A stretch of DNA of 64,000 nucleotides from an uncultured virus (IMG/VR IMGVR_UViG_3300031951_000045). Lineage: Duplodnaviria > Heunggongvirae > Uroviricota > Caudoviricetes. The stretch lies in the IMG/VR virus record IMGVR_UViG_3300031951_000045, one strand, 5' to 3'. Under the pieces are notes generated by a model. That model saw only the letters and a list, made by a program, of their open reading frames with translations, was not told the DNA's origin and did no database searches. The position numbers were made by a program, and so were the translations under genes. This document shows positions 1 to 7,296 of this stretch, piece by piece (within the stretch, counting starts at the first letter, position 1; every line of letters begins with the position of its first letter).

Positions 1-251
1 ATTGCATTATGCTTCGCAATCTTCCATTGATTGAAATGGCACAGACTGTTGGACGGGTTATCCGTATGCACGGTGATGACCGTAAAGCAATCGCAGATGG
101 TAAGATGAAAGCAGGAGAGTTTGCTTTCTACAAGAAACCATTTGGCACTATCACGATTCCTGTTAATAACAACTATGGTGATAAGATTGCAAAGCAACTT
201 CAAAATGTTGTGGATACTATCTTTGTGAAAGGTGAAGTTCTTGGTGTATAA
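1..251 (+). CDS. C-terminal part of a superfamily-2 helicase (5'-truncated)
   Basis: QTVGRVIR matches SF2 motif VI (QxxGRxxR); the frame is open from the window edge. Confidence 0.7.
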   Translation, partial: CIMLRNLPLIEMAQTVGRVIRMHGDDRKAIADGKMKAGEFAFYKKPFGTITIPVNNNYGDKIAKQLQNVVDTIFVKGEVLGV

Positions 252-278
252 ATTATATTATGTGTCCCACATAGAATT

Positions 279-443
279 ATGCCATTTACAAAGAAATTTC
301 CACAGTCAGGAGAAACAACCCATATTCGGGTTCCGAAATGTTATGCTGAACTCATTGAAGAACTGATGGTAACGTTAGATGAACGATTTGATGTAGATAA
401 GGGCAAACATCTACTGAAGAAGTTCATACACAACTTAACGTGA
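279..443 (+). CDS. 54-aa protein, possible ribbon-helix-helix DNA binder
   Basis: Hand-translated, not in the ORF track: MPFTKKFPQSGETTHIRVPKCYAELIEEL...; TTHIRVP followed by helices is RHH-like. Confidence 0.55.
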   Translation: MPFTKKFPQSGETTHIRVPKCYAELIEELMVTLDERFDVDKGKHLLKKFIHNLT

Positions 444-457
444 GTCCAATGATATCC

Positions 458-515
458 TGTGACACTTGTGGCACTGGCACAGTAAAAGAGCACATACCCC
501 TAAATGTGTTATAGT
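458..515 (+). promoter_or_regulatory. Early promoter element copy 1
   Basis: TGTGACAC-TTGTGGCA-CTGGCACA (458-481), then TAAAAGAGCACA box, then -10 TATAGT 510-515 (28-bp gap). Confidence 0.8.
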
Positions 516-541
516 AGTTCTATGGTTGAGGAAGACCTTCA

Positions 542-706
542 ATGACTTACACCCCACATCTTTCTAAGATTCCTTATTTGATGATTCCAGAAAACAGAGT
601 GAATCTTGCATTCAATTGGTATCAACGAGATAGGAGTCATCCACAAAACTTTCCTGCTTATTCTTATTGGATTCAACAATGCACAAATGATGGGAGTGAT
701 TACTGA
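542..706 (+). CDS. 54-aa hypothetical early protein
   Basis: Hand-translated MTYTPHLSKIPY...GSDY; first ORF after the promoter; stop overlaps next start (TGATG). Confidence 0.65.
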   Translation: MTYTPHLSKIPYLMIPENRVNLAFNWYQRDRSHPQNFPAYSYWIQQCTNDGSDY

Positions 707-888
707 TGGAAATGCTTGATACTGTTCTGACTATTGAGGAAGTTTTGACTGATAAACAATTGCTTGCTCTGCAAGACATTCTTTGCCATTACAAAGAGTT
801 TCAGGAAGAACTTTACAACTATCCTGAACCTGATACTCTCTTCACTAAGACTCAACAAGAACTGTTTGACATCTTTAACATCAAATGA
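706..888 (+). CDS. hypothetical early protein
   Basis: ORF track; translationally coupled on both sides. Confidence 0.7.
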   Translation: MEMLDTVLTIEEVLTDKQLLALQDILCHYKEFQEELYNYPEPDTLFTKTQQELFDIFNIK

Positions 889-1091
889 CTTCTATTTCTT
901 TTACCTCTGGTGAGTTGTTGGATATTATGTCCGTACTTGAAGAGAAAGAAAATGCTCTTCAACTTGCAGAGAATTATCAACTCTCTGCTTATTATATGCA
1001 CCTTGGGGGTCAATTCCAACGGATTTATGATAAACTGCAGGAGTTTGTTCCTGAGAACCGAGTTGCCAATCTTGTCCTTGCTGTGAATTGA
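885..1091 (+). CDS. hypothetical early protein
   Basis: ORF track; ATGA overlap. Confidence 0.7.
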   Translation: MTSISFTSGELLDIMSVLEEKENALQLAENYQLSAYYMHLGGQFQRIYDKLQEFVPENRVANLVLAVN

Positions 1092-1360
1092 TGACTATGG
1101 AAACACACAGTCTGATTATTCTTTCTACTGCACACCTACATCCATTGGAAGCAGCAAAGATTGATGAATTTTCTTATGTTGGAAACAAAGAATGTGCTCT
1201 TGTTTCCACTGTTTCAGAGATGAGGGATTTCTATTATCAGGGTGGATTGGTTTGCTTGTGCGACCTGTTGAAATTGGTGCAAGAAAAATATAATGCAAAA
1301 TATGTTCTCTTTGACCCTGATGCAGATACTACTGATGAGTTCAGGTGTTATCAATGGTGA
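1091..1360 (+). CDS. hypothetical protein (LSTAHL motif, DUF5983-like)
   Basis: LSTAHL...YVLFDPDA pattern recalled from mobile-element proteins; TGATG coupling. Confidence 0.6.
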   Translation: MTMETHSLIILSTAHLHPLEAAKIDEFSYVGNKECALVSTVSEMRDFYYQGGLVCLCDLLKLVQEKYNAKYVLFDPDADTTDEFRCYQW

Positions 1361-1419
1361 TGTGCCAGTTGTAGCACTGGCACACTAAAAGAGCACAGAG
1401 GCACCAGATGCCTTATAAT
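1361..1419 (+). promoter_or_regulatory. Early promoter element copy 2
   Basis: Perfect palindrome TGTGCCAG-TTGTAGCA-CTGGCACA (1361-1384); TATAAT 1414-1419 (29-bp gap). Confidence 0.85.
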
Positions 1420-1440
1420 ACTCTCATACGAAACAAACCG

Positions 1441-1608
1441 ATGACCCTGACCGAAGCAAACAAGATATGGTCCGACTGTTACAACAGCGGCGACCTCTCA
1501 CTGTGGAACAACTATACTAACGCCCAGCGTGAGCAGGCAATCGCCACCCGAGACGCCCACTTCAACGGTCGCCAGTGGGGCATCTGGAACATCAACGATT
1601 GGGACTGA
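1441..1608 (+). CDS. 55-aa hypothetical protein (GC-rich)
   Basis: Start reassigned to ATG 1441, because ATG 1408 lies upstream of the -10; about 55% GC by hand count. Confidence 0.7.
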   Translation: MTLTEANKIWSDCYNSGDLSLWNNYTNAQREQAIATRDAHFNGRQWGIWNINDWD

Positions 1609-1638
1609 TTGCCCTACCTGGTGGTCTGACTGGTAAGT

Positions 1639-1698
1639 GATGGCACTCTGAAAACTGGCACAGGGCATCCTTCGGAGTGCCCTTTGATGCCTTATAAT
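1639..1698 (+). promoter_or_regulatory. Early promoter element copy 3 (degenerate left arm)
   Basis: GATGGCAC-TCTGAAAA-CTGGCACA (1639-1662); TATAAT 1693-1698 (30-bp gap); gap contains hairpin GGGCATCC-TTCG-GAGTGCCC. Confidence 0.75.
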
Positions 1699-1723
1699 AC
1701 TCTCATACACAAAGGAACTTCAA

Positions 1724-1990
1724 ATGCTTGATGCCTTTACTGATTATCCTATTGAAAAACTTGATGATATTGAATTTGAAAAAGCACCCATTCGTAAATG
1801 CACCATTCTAACTTGGGACAGAAATAAGTATTGTGATGTCCTTGTATATTTTGTAGATGAGGATGGTGATTTGCGAGGACACATTACTAACTTCAAGCAG
1901 TGGTATTTGTATAAGAATGAAGCACGACTTGATGATGGTATTCAATTTACTGATGATGAACTGAAAACTCTTCCTTGGACTTGCCGATGA
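1724..1990 (+). CDS. hypothetical early protein
   Basis: ORF track; AAAGGAA upstream. Confidence 0.75.
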   Translation: MLDAFTDYPIEKLDDIEFEKAPIRKCTILTWDRNKYCDVLVYFVDEDGDLRGHITNFKQWYLYKNEARLDDGIQFTDDELKTLPWTCR

Positions 1991-2169
1991 CTGCTATTGA
2001 AATTGATGAAATGATGAACCGAATGGAATCATTTGGTGGTTCATTTGTTGTTGCACTTGCTTATGCAATGCGAAAAGCAGACCCATCAAATAAAACTAGA
2101 CTGATTCTTGCCTTTCCTGAGTATGTGAAAGAGTATGGACCAGAAAGTCAGTTTCCTGCGTATGAATGA
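1987..2169 (+). CDS. conserved phage hypothetical protein
   Basis: GGSFVVALAYAMRKADPSN motif typical of a small phage family; ATGA overlap. Confidence 0.7.
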   Translation: MTAIEIDEMMNRMESFGGSFVVALAYAMRKADPSNKTRLILAFPEYVKEYGPESQFPAYE

Positions 2170-2351
2170 TGAAACCTAAGTTCCGTGCCGTATTAGAAAT
2201 GGCAATAGAAGAAGGTGTAAGGTTTGGATACAATCGTGCTTTTAAGCATAATTCAGAACCACACATTGATTCTATATCTGATAGTATAGTTACAGAAATC
2301 TTTAATTCACTTGACACTTGGTTTGATGACATCAACGACACTGAAAACTAA
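2166..2351 (+). CDS. hypothetical early protein
   Basis: ORF track; coupled to upstream gene. Confidence 0.7.
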   Translation: MMKPKFRAVLEMAIEEGVRFGYNRAFKHNSEPHIDSISDSIVTEIFNSLDTWFDDINDTEN

Positions 2352-2352
2352 A

Positions 2353-2748
2353 ATGAATCCTGAAATTAAACAGAAATGGGTTGATGCTCTGCGTTCTGGT
2401 AAGTATGACCAGGGCAGTAAGAAACTCCGCAGTCATCAAGGTTATTGTTGCCTTGGTGTTCTTTGTGATTTGTATGCACAAGAACAGAATAGAGAGTGGA
2501 AGTTTAGTGGAGAGTATGAGGAAAGTCCTCTCCCGATGGATTATTGGTATTTCGATGGTGAGGGTGAGTTTCTGCCCGACTCTGTAAGAGAATGGGCAGG
2601 ATTTTCTCTTCCTAGTCCTGAAGTTCGAGTTGATGTAACCGACAATGATGATGAGGATGATTGGTTCTATAATGATGAGATTGCCAGTCTGAACGATACA
2701 GGTTATACTTTTGAAGCACTTTCTAAACTAATCAAAGAACAATTTTAA
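2353..2748 (+). CDS. conserved phage hypothetical protein
   Basis: KWVDALRSGKYxQG...YCCLGVLCD motif common in phage early regions; start reassigned to 2353. Confidence 0.75.
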   Translation: MNPEIKQKWVDALRSGKYDQGSKKLRSHQGYCCLGVLCDLYAQEQNREWKFSGEYEESPLPMDYWYFDGEGEFLPDSVREWAGFSLPSPEVRVDVTDNDDEDDWFYNDEIASLNDTGYTFEALSKLIKEQF

Positions 2749-2912
2749 TGGAACAACAAACTGTGACTCAATACAAGTCTGTAAATCTTACTCTGTATTT
2801 CAATGCTGAATTGGATGATGGTGAGGTACAAGATTTCATTGACCGTATGACTGGAAAGTATAATCATCCTGATGACATCATCAAAGATTATGAATACTGG
2901 TATGATGAGTGA
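2748..2912 (+). CDS. 54-aa acidic hypothetical protein
   Basis: Hand-translated MEQQTVTQYKSVNL...YWYDE; TAATG coupling. Confidence 0.65.
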   Translation: MEQQTVTQYKSVNLTLYFNAELDDGEVQDFIDRMTGKYNHPDDIIKDYEYWYDE

Positions 2913-2926
2913 GTCTAGTGTGAGAC

Positions 2927-2986
2927 TGTGCCACTTGTAGAGGTGGCACACTATACCCCCCAAACCCCTTGCTGAGGTGCTACAAT
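2927..2986 (+). promoter_or_regulatory. Early promoter element copy 4
   Basis: Perfect palindrome TGTGCCAC-TTGTAGAG-GTGGCACA (2927-2950); TG-n-TACAAT 2981-2986 (30-bp gap). Confidence 0.85.
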
Positions 2987-3011
2987 GATTGCATTGAAGG
3001 TTGAGAGACCA

Positions 3012-3407
3012 ATGACCGAAACACAAGTTCAACTCAAAGAAGCCACTGTTGATTTCATTAAGGATTTGGTTGAGCAATCCTATTATGATGAAGATATGTA
3101 TATTTTCATCGGTGAGCACGGTGAAGATACATTTGTTCAGTATTATGAAGAGTATGTTCAGTTTGGTGAATCTTATAACTATCGTGCTGTAGATACTTTC
3201 ATTGAAGAGTTTGGTATTGATAATCTATCTTCCTTTGAAGATGCTTACCGTGGTGAATGGGAGTCTAAAGCAGATTATGCGGAAAACTTTGTAACTGATT
3301 GTTATTCTGTTGATTTCCCTGCTTTTATTGAGATTGACTGGGAAAATACCTTTGACAATCTTGATTCTGTTTATGTCAATGGTTTTGTTTTTGATACCCA
3401 ATTCTGA
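3012..3407 (+). CDS. ArdA-like acidic antirestriction (DNA-mimic) protein
   Basis: Very acidic; YRGEWESKADYAE...PAFIEIDWE pattern resembles the ArdA C-terminal domain; first gene after promoter 4. Confidence 0.55.
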   Translation: MTETQVQLKEATVDFIKDLVEQSYYDEDMYIFIGEHGEDTFVQYYEEYVQFGESYNYRAVDTFIEEFGIDNLSSFEDAYRGEWESKADYAENFVTDCYSVDFPAFIEIDWENTFDNLDSVYVNGFVFDTQF

Positions 3408-3410
3408 ATT

Positions 3411-3659
3411 ATGAAACTTCAATCTAACGATGGAAACATGGTGGTAGATTTCTACCCCATCAAAACACCTTTTGGTGATGTATCTCAAGAGTGGTTCTTG
3501 AAGACTCTCACTTTTATGGGTCAAAGTCAATCCAAGAAGTTTCTCAATCGCATTGAGATGAATCTTGAGATTGAAGAATATCTCAATCACACTATTCCGT
3601 ATGAAGTTGTAGACTTCAATACGATTCCACAACTTGCTAATCCTTTTATTGGTGTCTGA
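3411..3659 (+). CDS. hypothetical early protein
   Basis: ORF track; tightly packed. Confidence 0.7.
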   Translation: MKLQSNDGNMVVDFYPIKTPFGDVSQEWFLKTLTFMGQSQSKKFLNRIEMNLEIEEYLNHTIPYEVVDFNTIPQLANPFIGV

Positions 3660-3661
3660 CA

Positions 3662-3877
3662 ATGCTTCTGAAACTAACTGACATTGAGTTTGATTTTGAT
3701 GATGGAGAAGAAATCTCTGGGGAACTTCCTTATGATGAACAGGTTGCAGTCACTAAATCCGTGATTGGTGAAGTCTTTGAGGTTGAGACTGAAGATGAAC
3801 TTGCTGATGCAGTTTCTGACAGAACTGGTTGGTGTGTGAAATATCTTGATTATGTTGAAATCTCTGAATCTCACTGA
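3662..3877 (+). CDS. acidic hypothetical protein (SDxTGWCV motif)
   Basis: ORF track; motif recalled from phage hypotheticals. Confidence 0.7.
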   Translation: MLLKLTDIEFDFDDGEEISGELPYDEQVAVTKSVIGEVFEVETEDELADAVSDRTGWCVKYLDYVEISESH

Positions 3878-3891
3878 GTCCAATGATGCCC

Positions 3892-3949
3892 TGTGCCACT
3901 TGTTCTAGTGGCACACTAAAAGAGCACAGACCCCTAAATGTGGTATTCT
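3892..3949 (+). promoter_or_regulatory. Early promoter element copy 5
   Basis: Perfect palindrome TGTGCCAC-TTGTTCTA-GTGGCACA (3892-3915); TG-n-TATTCT 3944-3949 (28-bp gap). Confidence 0.85.
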
Positions 3950-4006
3950 TAAAGGGTGGAAGGGGTCGCACCCACCCGCAAACGTCCAAACTCTATTTTA
4001 ATCAAA

Positions 4007-4204
4007 ATGACTGTTGATTTCTCTCGTGATGTGATGGTTGGTATGCTCCGCAAGGGTGATACTGGCAACGACATTCTGGATATTCTGAATGTTCTTGTTC
4101 CCGATCAAACTGAACTCACTCGTGAGCAAGTTTGTGAAGACCTGGGCATTGCTGATTGTCCTGAGAATGATGATGAGATTGCCCGTGCTATGGTTGCTGC
4201 CTGA
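4007..4204 (+). CDS. hypothetical early protein
   Basis: Start reassigned to ATG 4007, after the leader hairpin. Confidence 0.7.
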   Translation: MTVDFSRDVMVGMLRKGDTGNDILDILNVLVPDQTELTREQVCEDLGIADCPENDDEIARAMVAA

Positions 4205-4267
4205 GTTTAATTTGGGGGAGATTCAATTCTCCCTCTGTGGATTTAATTCATTTACTCTTTGATTCCA

Positions 4268-4456
4268 ATGTTTGTTATCTGTCCCGCATCTTTTGATTTG
4301 ATTGATGCTGAGTGGTTTGACAATGTATATGAAGCAAAAGATGAAGCACTTGATTGGAGTGTTGAACTCTCTGGTGAGAATGTGATTGTTTATCGGGCAG
4401 TTGAGGAAGATGATGGTGCTTATGAGTTTGATAAACTCTATGCCATCTCTGCCTGA
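4268..4456 (+). CDS. acidic hypothetical protein
   Basis: ORF track (ATG at 4268); EAxDWSVE motif. Confidence 0.7.
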   Translation: MFVICPASFDLIDAEWFDNVYEAKDEALDWSVELSGENVIVYRAVEEDDGAYEFDKLYAISA

Positions 4457-4605
4457 TGAGAACTAAAACACTCACATTTAGACCACCAAATAAGATGCGA
4501 ACTATAATTCTTATCTTTGCGGTTGCATTTATTTTCTCTCCGAGTGTGAGGAATGTAACTGCAAACACACTTTACACTGTTGCTGACGTTATTTCATCCA
4601 AATGA
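4456..4605 (+). CDS. 49-aa putative membrane peptide
   Basis: Hand-translated; hydrophobic stretch IILIFAVAFIF; overlaps both neighbours. Confidence 0.6.
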   Translation: MRTKTLTFRPPNKMRTIILIFAVAFIFSPSVRNVTANTLYTVADVISSK

Positions 4606-4766
4606 CACTCACTCACATTAACAATCAAAAACTTAAGCAGTTTGCTATTACTGCTCCTGGATTTGAGTTTCCTGATTATGTTTATGCAGAAACAAGAGAA
4701 CAAGCAATTCTAGAGTGGGCAGATACTATTGTTTGTGCTGATGTAACTGAAATTGAAGAACGGTGA
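4602..4766 (+). CDS. 54-aa hypothetical protein
   Basis: Hand-translated MTLTHINNQK...IEER; ATGA overlap. Confidence 0.65.
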   Translation: MTLTHINNQKLKQFAITAPGFEFPDYVYAETREQAILEWADTIVCADVTEIEER

Positions 4767-4780
4767 GTCCAGTGTTGAGA

Positions 4781-4838
4781 CATGCCACTTGTAGCACTGG
4801 CACACTAAACGGGCACTGGCACTTTTTTCTGGTAAATT
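4781..4838 (+). promoter_or_regulatory. Early promoter element copy 6
   Basis: CATGCCAC-TTGTAGCA-CTGGCACA (4781-4804); TG-n-TAAATT 4833-4838 (28-bp gap). Confidence 0.8.
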
Positions 4839-4890
4839 AAGAGGGTGGAAGGGGTCAGTCCCATCCGAGTCCAATTCTTCACTTCTTGTT

Positions 4891-5565
4891 ATGGATCGTC
4901 AGCAAGTTATCGCAAAGATTCAATCCATTCTGAAACTGCAGAATGGAACTTCTTTTGAAGGTGAGGCAGATGCTGCTGCCAAGATGATTGATAAACTGTG
5001 TAAGCAGTATGGTGTTACAATCACCGAAGCAACTGAAACTCAAGTTTATGATGAATCTTTCATCAATTTCAAACGTGTGAATGTTGCACTTACGACTCTT
5101 CTGAATGCGATTGCATCTTTCTATGATGCAAAGGCATATATGAAGAATGGTGATGTTAAGTCTCTGCAAATCATTGGTAGTGAAGCACAACAAATCCAAG
5201 TGCGTCTCTATTATGATTACCTGAATCAAGTGATGGAGAAAGAAGCAGAAGTTGCATATCAAGCAGAGAAGATTATGTCTGCTCTAACTGGTGCAACTGT
5301 TTCTCGTAGTTTCAAACTTAATTTCCGCAAGGCATTTGCAGATAATGTTGCTCTGCGTTTGCGTGAAATGAAGAAAGCAGAGAACCGAGTTCACGATGAT
5401 GCAAAAGCAGTGAGTGATAAACTCTCTACGATGCGATTCGGACGTGCAAAGAAGATGAATGGTGCTAATGGTGCTGGTGCTTATGCTGGTTCTAACGTTG
5501 GTGCTGGTGTATCTCTGAACCGTCAAGCAACTGGTTCTGTGACCAAACAACTGTGTGGAGTGTGA
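4891..5565 (+). CDS. DUF2786-domain protein
   Basis: N-terminal KIQSILKL...EGEADAAAKMIDKLCKQYG fits the DUF2786 helical hairpin; C-terminal F..AF...V..RL and G..AG..V.L pattern. Confidence 0.7.
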   Translation: MDRQQVIAKIQSILKLQNGTSFEGEADAAAKMIDKLCKQYGVTITEATETQVYDESFINFKRVNVALTTLLNAIASFYDAKAYMKNGDVKSLQIIGSEAQQIQVRLYYDYLNQVMEKEAEVAYQAEKIMSALTGATVSRSFKLNFRKAFADNVALRLREMKKAENRVHDDAKAVSDKLSTMRFGRAKKMNGANGAGAYAGSNVGAGVSLNRQATGSVTKQLCGV

Positions 5566-5609
5566 GTTAATCTCACCTCTACTTCACTTTTCCCTTTATT
5601 CCTAATACG

Positions 5610-5942
5610 ATGAACGCACAACTGACAATTGATGAGTGTAAACTGATGTGGGTTGTTGGTGCATTGCAACGACTTGCAACTTTGGGTATGATTGGTCCTG
5701 ATATTCCTCTGAAACTTTCTGGTAGTGCAGTAGATGATTATCTTTATATTGATGAGCATCGGGAAATTCTGTTTGAATCTGATTTTGAGATTGCAAGTAT
5801 TTTCACTGCTCTTGTCAATAGTGAATGTGACCCAAAAGTTCAAAATCCTGATGATACCAAACCTCTGATTGAACTTCTTCTGCAATATAAGAACAATCGC
5901 ACCGAGATTGTGAAGTATGCACTCTCGCAACAAGTTATTTGA
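5610..5942 (+). CDS. hypothetical early protein
   Basis: ORF track. Confidence 0.7.
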   Translation: MNAQLTIDECKLMWVVGALQRLATLGMIGPDIPLKLSGSAVDDYLYIDEHREILFESDFEIASIFTALVNSECDPKVQNPDDTKPLIELLLQYKNNRTEIVKYALSQQVI

Positions 5943-5944
5943 AA

Positions 5945-6142
5945 ATGACAATGGATAAAGATTTAATGCAAATCACACTGAGTAAGGAAAATTATAAGGT
6001 TCTACATAAACTCATCTGCGACCAAATGGTTTATATTCTTTCTCCATTTGACAATGATGATTATGAACCAACGCAAGAACATCTAAAGATTCTCGACGCA
6101 GTTACAAAGTTCAGTTCTTATCAAGTTACTTACAATGTTTGA
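5945..6142 (+). CDS. hypothetical early protein
   Basis: ORF track (ATG at 5945). Confidence 0.6.
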   Translation: MTMDKDLMQITLSKENYKVLHKLICDQMVYILSPFDNDDYEPTQEHLKILDAVTKFSSYQVTYNV

Positions 6143-6383
6143 CCTTCTGAAGTTTAACCCCCATCATATTCCTGAGTCTATTCAAGCACGACATAAGTTT
6201 TCCAACGGTTGGGAGATTAGTGTAGTTGCTGGTCCACCGAATTGTGGTCTCTATGGCAACATCAATGAGAACACTTATGAAGTTGCAATTTTCCGTCCCA
6301 ATGGAAATATGACTGAAGATGTAAATGGTTGGAATACTAAAGAAGAAGTATCTGCGATGATGTGGGTGCTGTCTCAACTCTAG
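6135..6383 (+). CDS. conserved phage hypothetical protein
   Basis: FSNGWEISVV...LYG...YEVAI motif common in phages. Confidence 0.75.
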   Translation: MFDLLKFNPHHIPESIQARHKFSNGWEISVVAGPPNCGLYGNINENTYEVAIFRPNGNMTEDVNGWNTKEEVSAMMWVLSQL

Positions 6384-6395
6384 TCTCTTATACCG

Positions 6396-6453
6396 TGTGC
6401 CACTTGTAGCACTGGCACAGTAAAAGAGCACAGACCCCTGGATGTGGTATATT
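6396..6453 (+). promoter_or_regulatory. Early promoter element copy 7
   Basis: TGTGCCAC-TTGTAGCA-CTGGCACA (6396-6419); TG-n-TATATT 6448-6453 (28-bp gap). Confidence 0.85.
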
Positions 6454-6502
6454 AAAGAGGTGGAGGGGTCTGGTCCCACCCGAGTCCCATTCTTCATTCT
6501 TT

Positions 6503-6691
6503 ATGCAAACTCTTCAGATGACTGCTGCTCAACGGATGGAAAAGCAATTCTTCATTCAAATGATTCAACTTGTGAATGAAGTGCAAGGTAAGCAGAAACT
6601 TCCTTCTCAAGTTAATTCTTCTCGTAAGTCTGCTTGGTGTAAGAAAGTTTCTAATCCCAAGCAAAAGAAAGATGCACTTGCTCGCATCTAG
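6503..6691 (+). CDS. basic hypothetical early protein
   Basis: ORF track; first gene after promoter 7. Confidence 0.7.
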   Translation: MQTLQMTAAQRMEKQFFIQMIQLVNEVQGKQKLPSQVNSSRKSAWCKKVSNPKQKKDALARI

Positions 6692-6730
6692 TTCTTAATT
6701 CTTTCATCTGTCCCACACAAACAACAAACA

Positions 6731-6895
6731 ATGCTGATCAAAACTGTTTTCGATGTTCAAACCAAGCAAGCAGGTTATGCTATTTGTGATCCTGCCACTG
6801 AACGTTGTGGTTTTGTGACTTATAGCATCATCAATGCTATTAAAGCAGGGCAATGTAAAACCTTCGCACAAGTTCAACAACTCATCAATGCCTGA
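6731..6895 (+). CDS. 54-aa hypothetical protein
   Basis: Hand-translated MLIKTVFDVQ...LINA. Confidence 0.65.
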   Translation: MLIKTVFDVQTKQAGYAICDPATERCGFVTYSIINAIKAGQCKTFAQVQQLINA

Positions 6896-6896
6896 A

Positions 6897-7055
6897 ATGA
6901 ATCAAATGTATGAAGTTACTTATCAGGTGCCTTACAACGATTGTGAATGGAGAAGTCAATACTTTAATACTCTACAAGAAGCACAATCAATGGTAGAGTT
7001 TTATAGGTCTTGTGGATCTCCTGCTAAACTGATTGAACGTAAAGTAAGTAACTGA
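6897..7055 (+). CDS. conserved small phage protein
   Basis: Start reassigned to 6897; EWRSQ.F.TLQEA..MV.FYRSCGSPA motif. Confidence 0.7.
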   Translation: MNQMYEVTYQVPYNDCEWRSQYFNTLQEAQSMVEFYRSCGSPAKLIERKVSN

Positions 7056-7056
7056 A

Positions 7057-7296
7057 ATGACTCAAACTCTCACTGAAACCATCTACTCTGATGCTCTGTT
7101 ATTTCTGACTCGATACTTCAATCAGTTTGATGAATGTCAGTTGCAAGAACACGATGATTTGACTATTCAAGACATTGTTGATGTTCTTGGTTATGCAAGT
7201 TTCGAGGAGCATTATCATTCTGATGTAGCATATATTTCTGATATTCAGACACTCAATAAACTTCGTAATGAAATTCGCAATCGGTTCTATCAATGA
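7057..7296 (+). CDS. hypothetical protein
   Basis: ORF track. Confidence 0.7.
   Translation: MTQTLTETIYSDALLFLTRYFNQFDECQLQEHDDLTIQDIVDVLGYASFEEHYHSDVAYISDIQTLNKLRNEIRNRFYQ

Larger units (their letters stand above)
1407..1708 (+). repeat. 23-bp perfect direct repeat flanking a GC-rich gene cassette
   Basis: GATGCCTTATAATACTCTCATAC at 1407-1429 and 1686-1708. Confidence 0.9.

Noticed and set aside
4214..4240. Hairpin GGGAGA-TTCAAT-TCTCCC as a terminator
   Set aside because: No U-tract; it may be a processing or stability stem, but the evidence is too weak
458..6419. Palindromic repeats as a CRISPR array
   Set aside because: Spacing is 0.3-1.6 kb, the intervals contain genes, and no cas genes are present
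458..6419. Classical integron attC or loxP-type sites
   Set aside because: No integrase in the window, no RYYYAAC/GTTRRRY cores, and 8-bp arms are short for tyrosine recombinases; the fixed distance to -10 favours a promoter role, though recombination is not excluded
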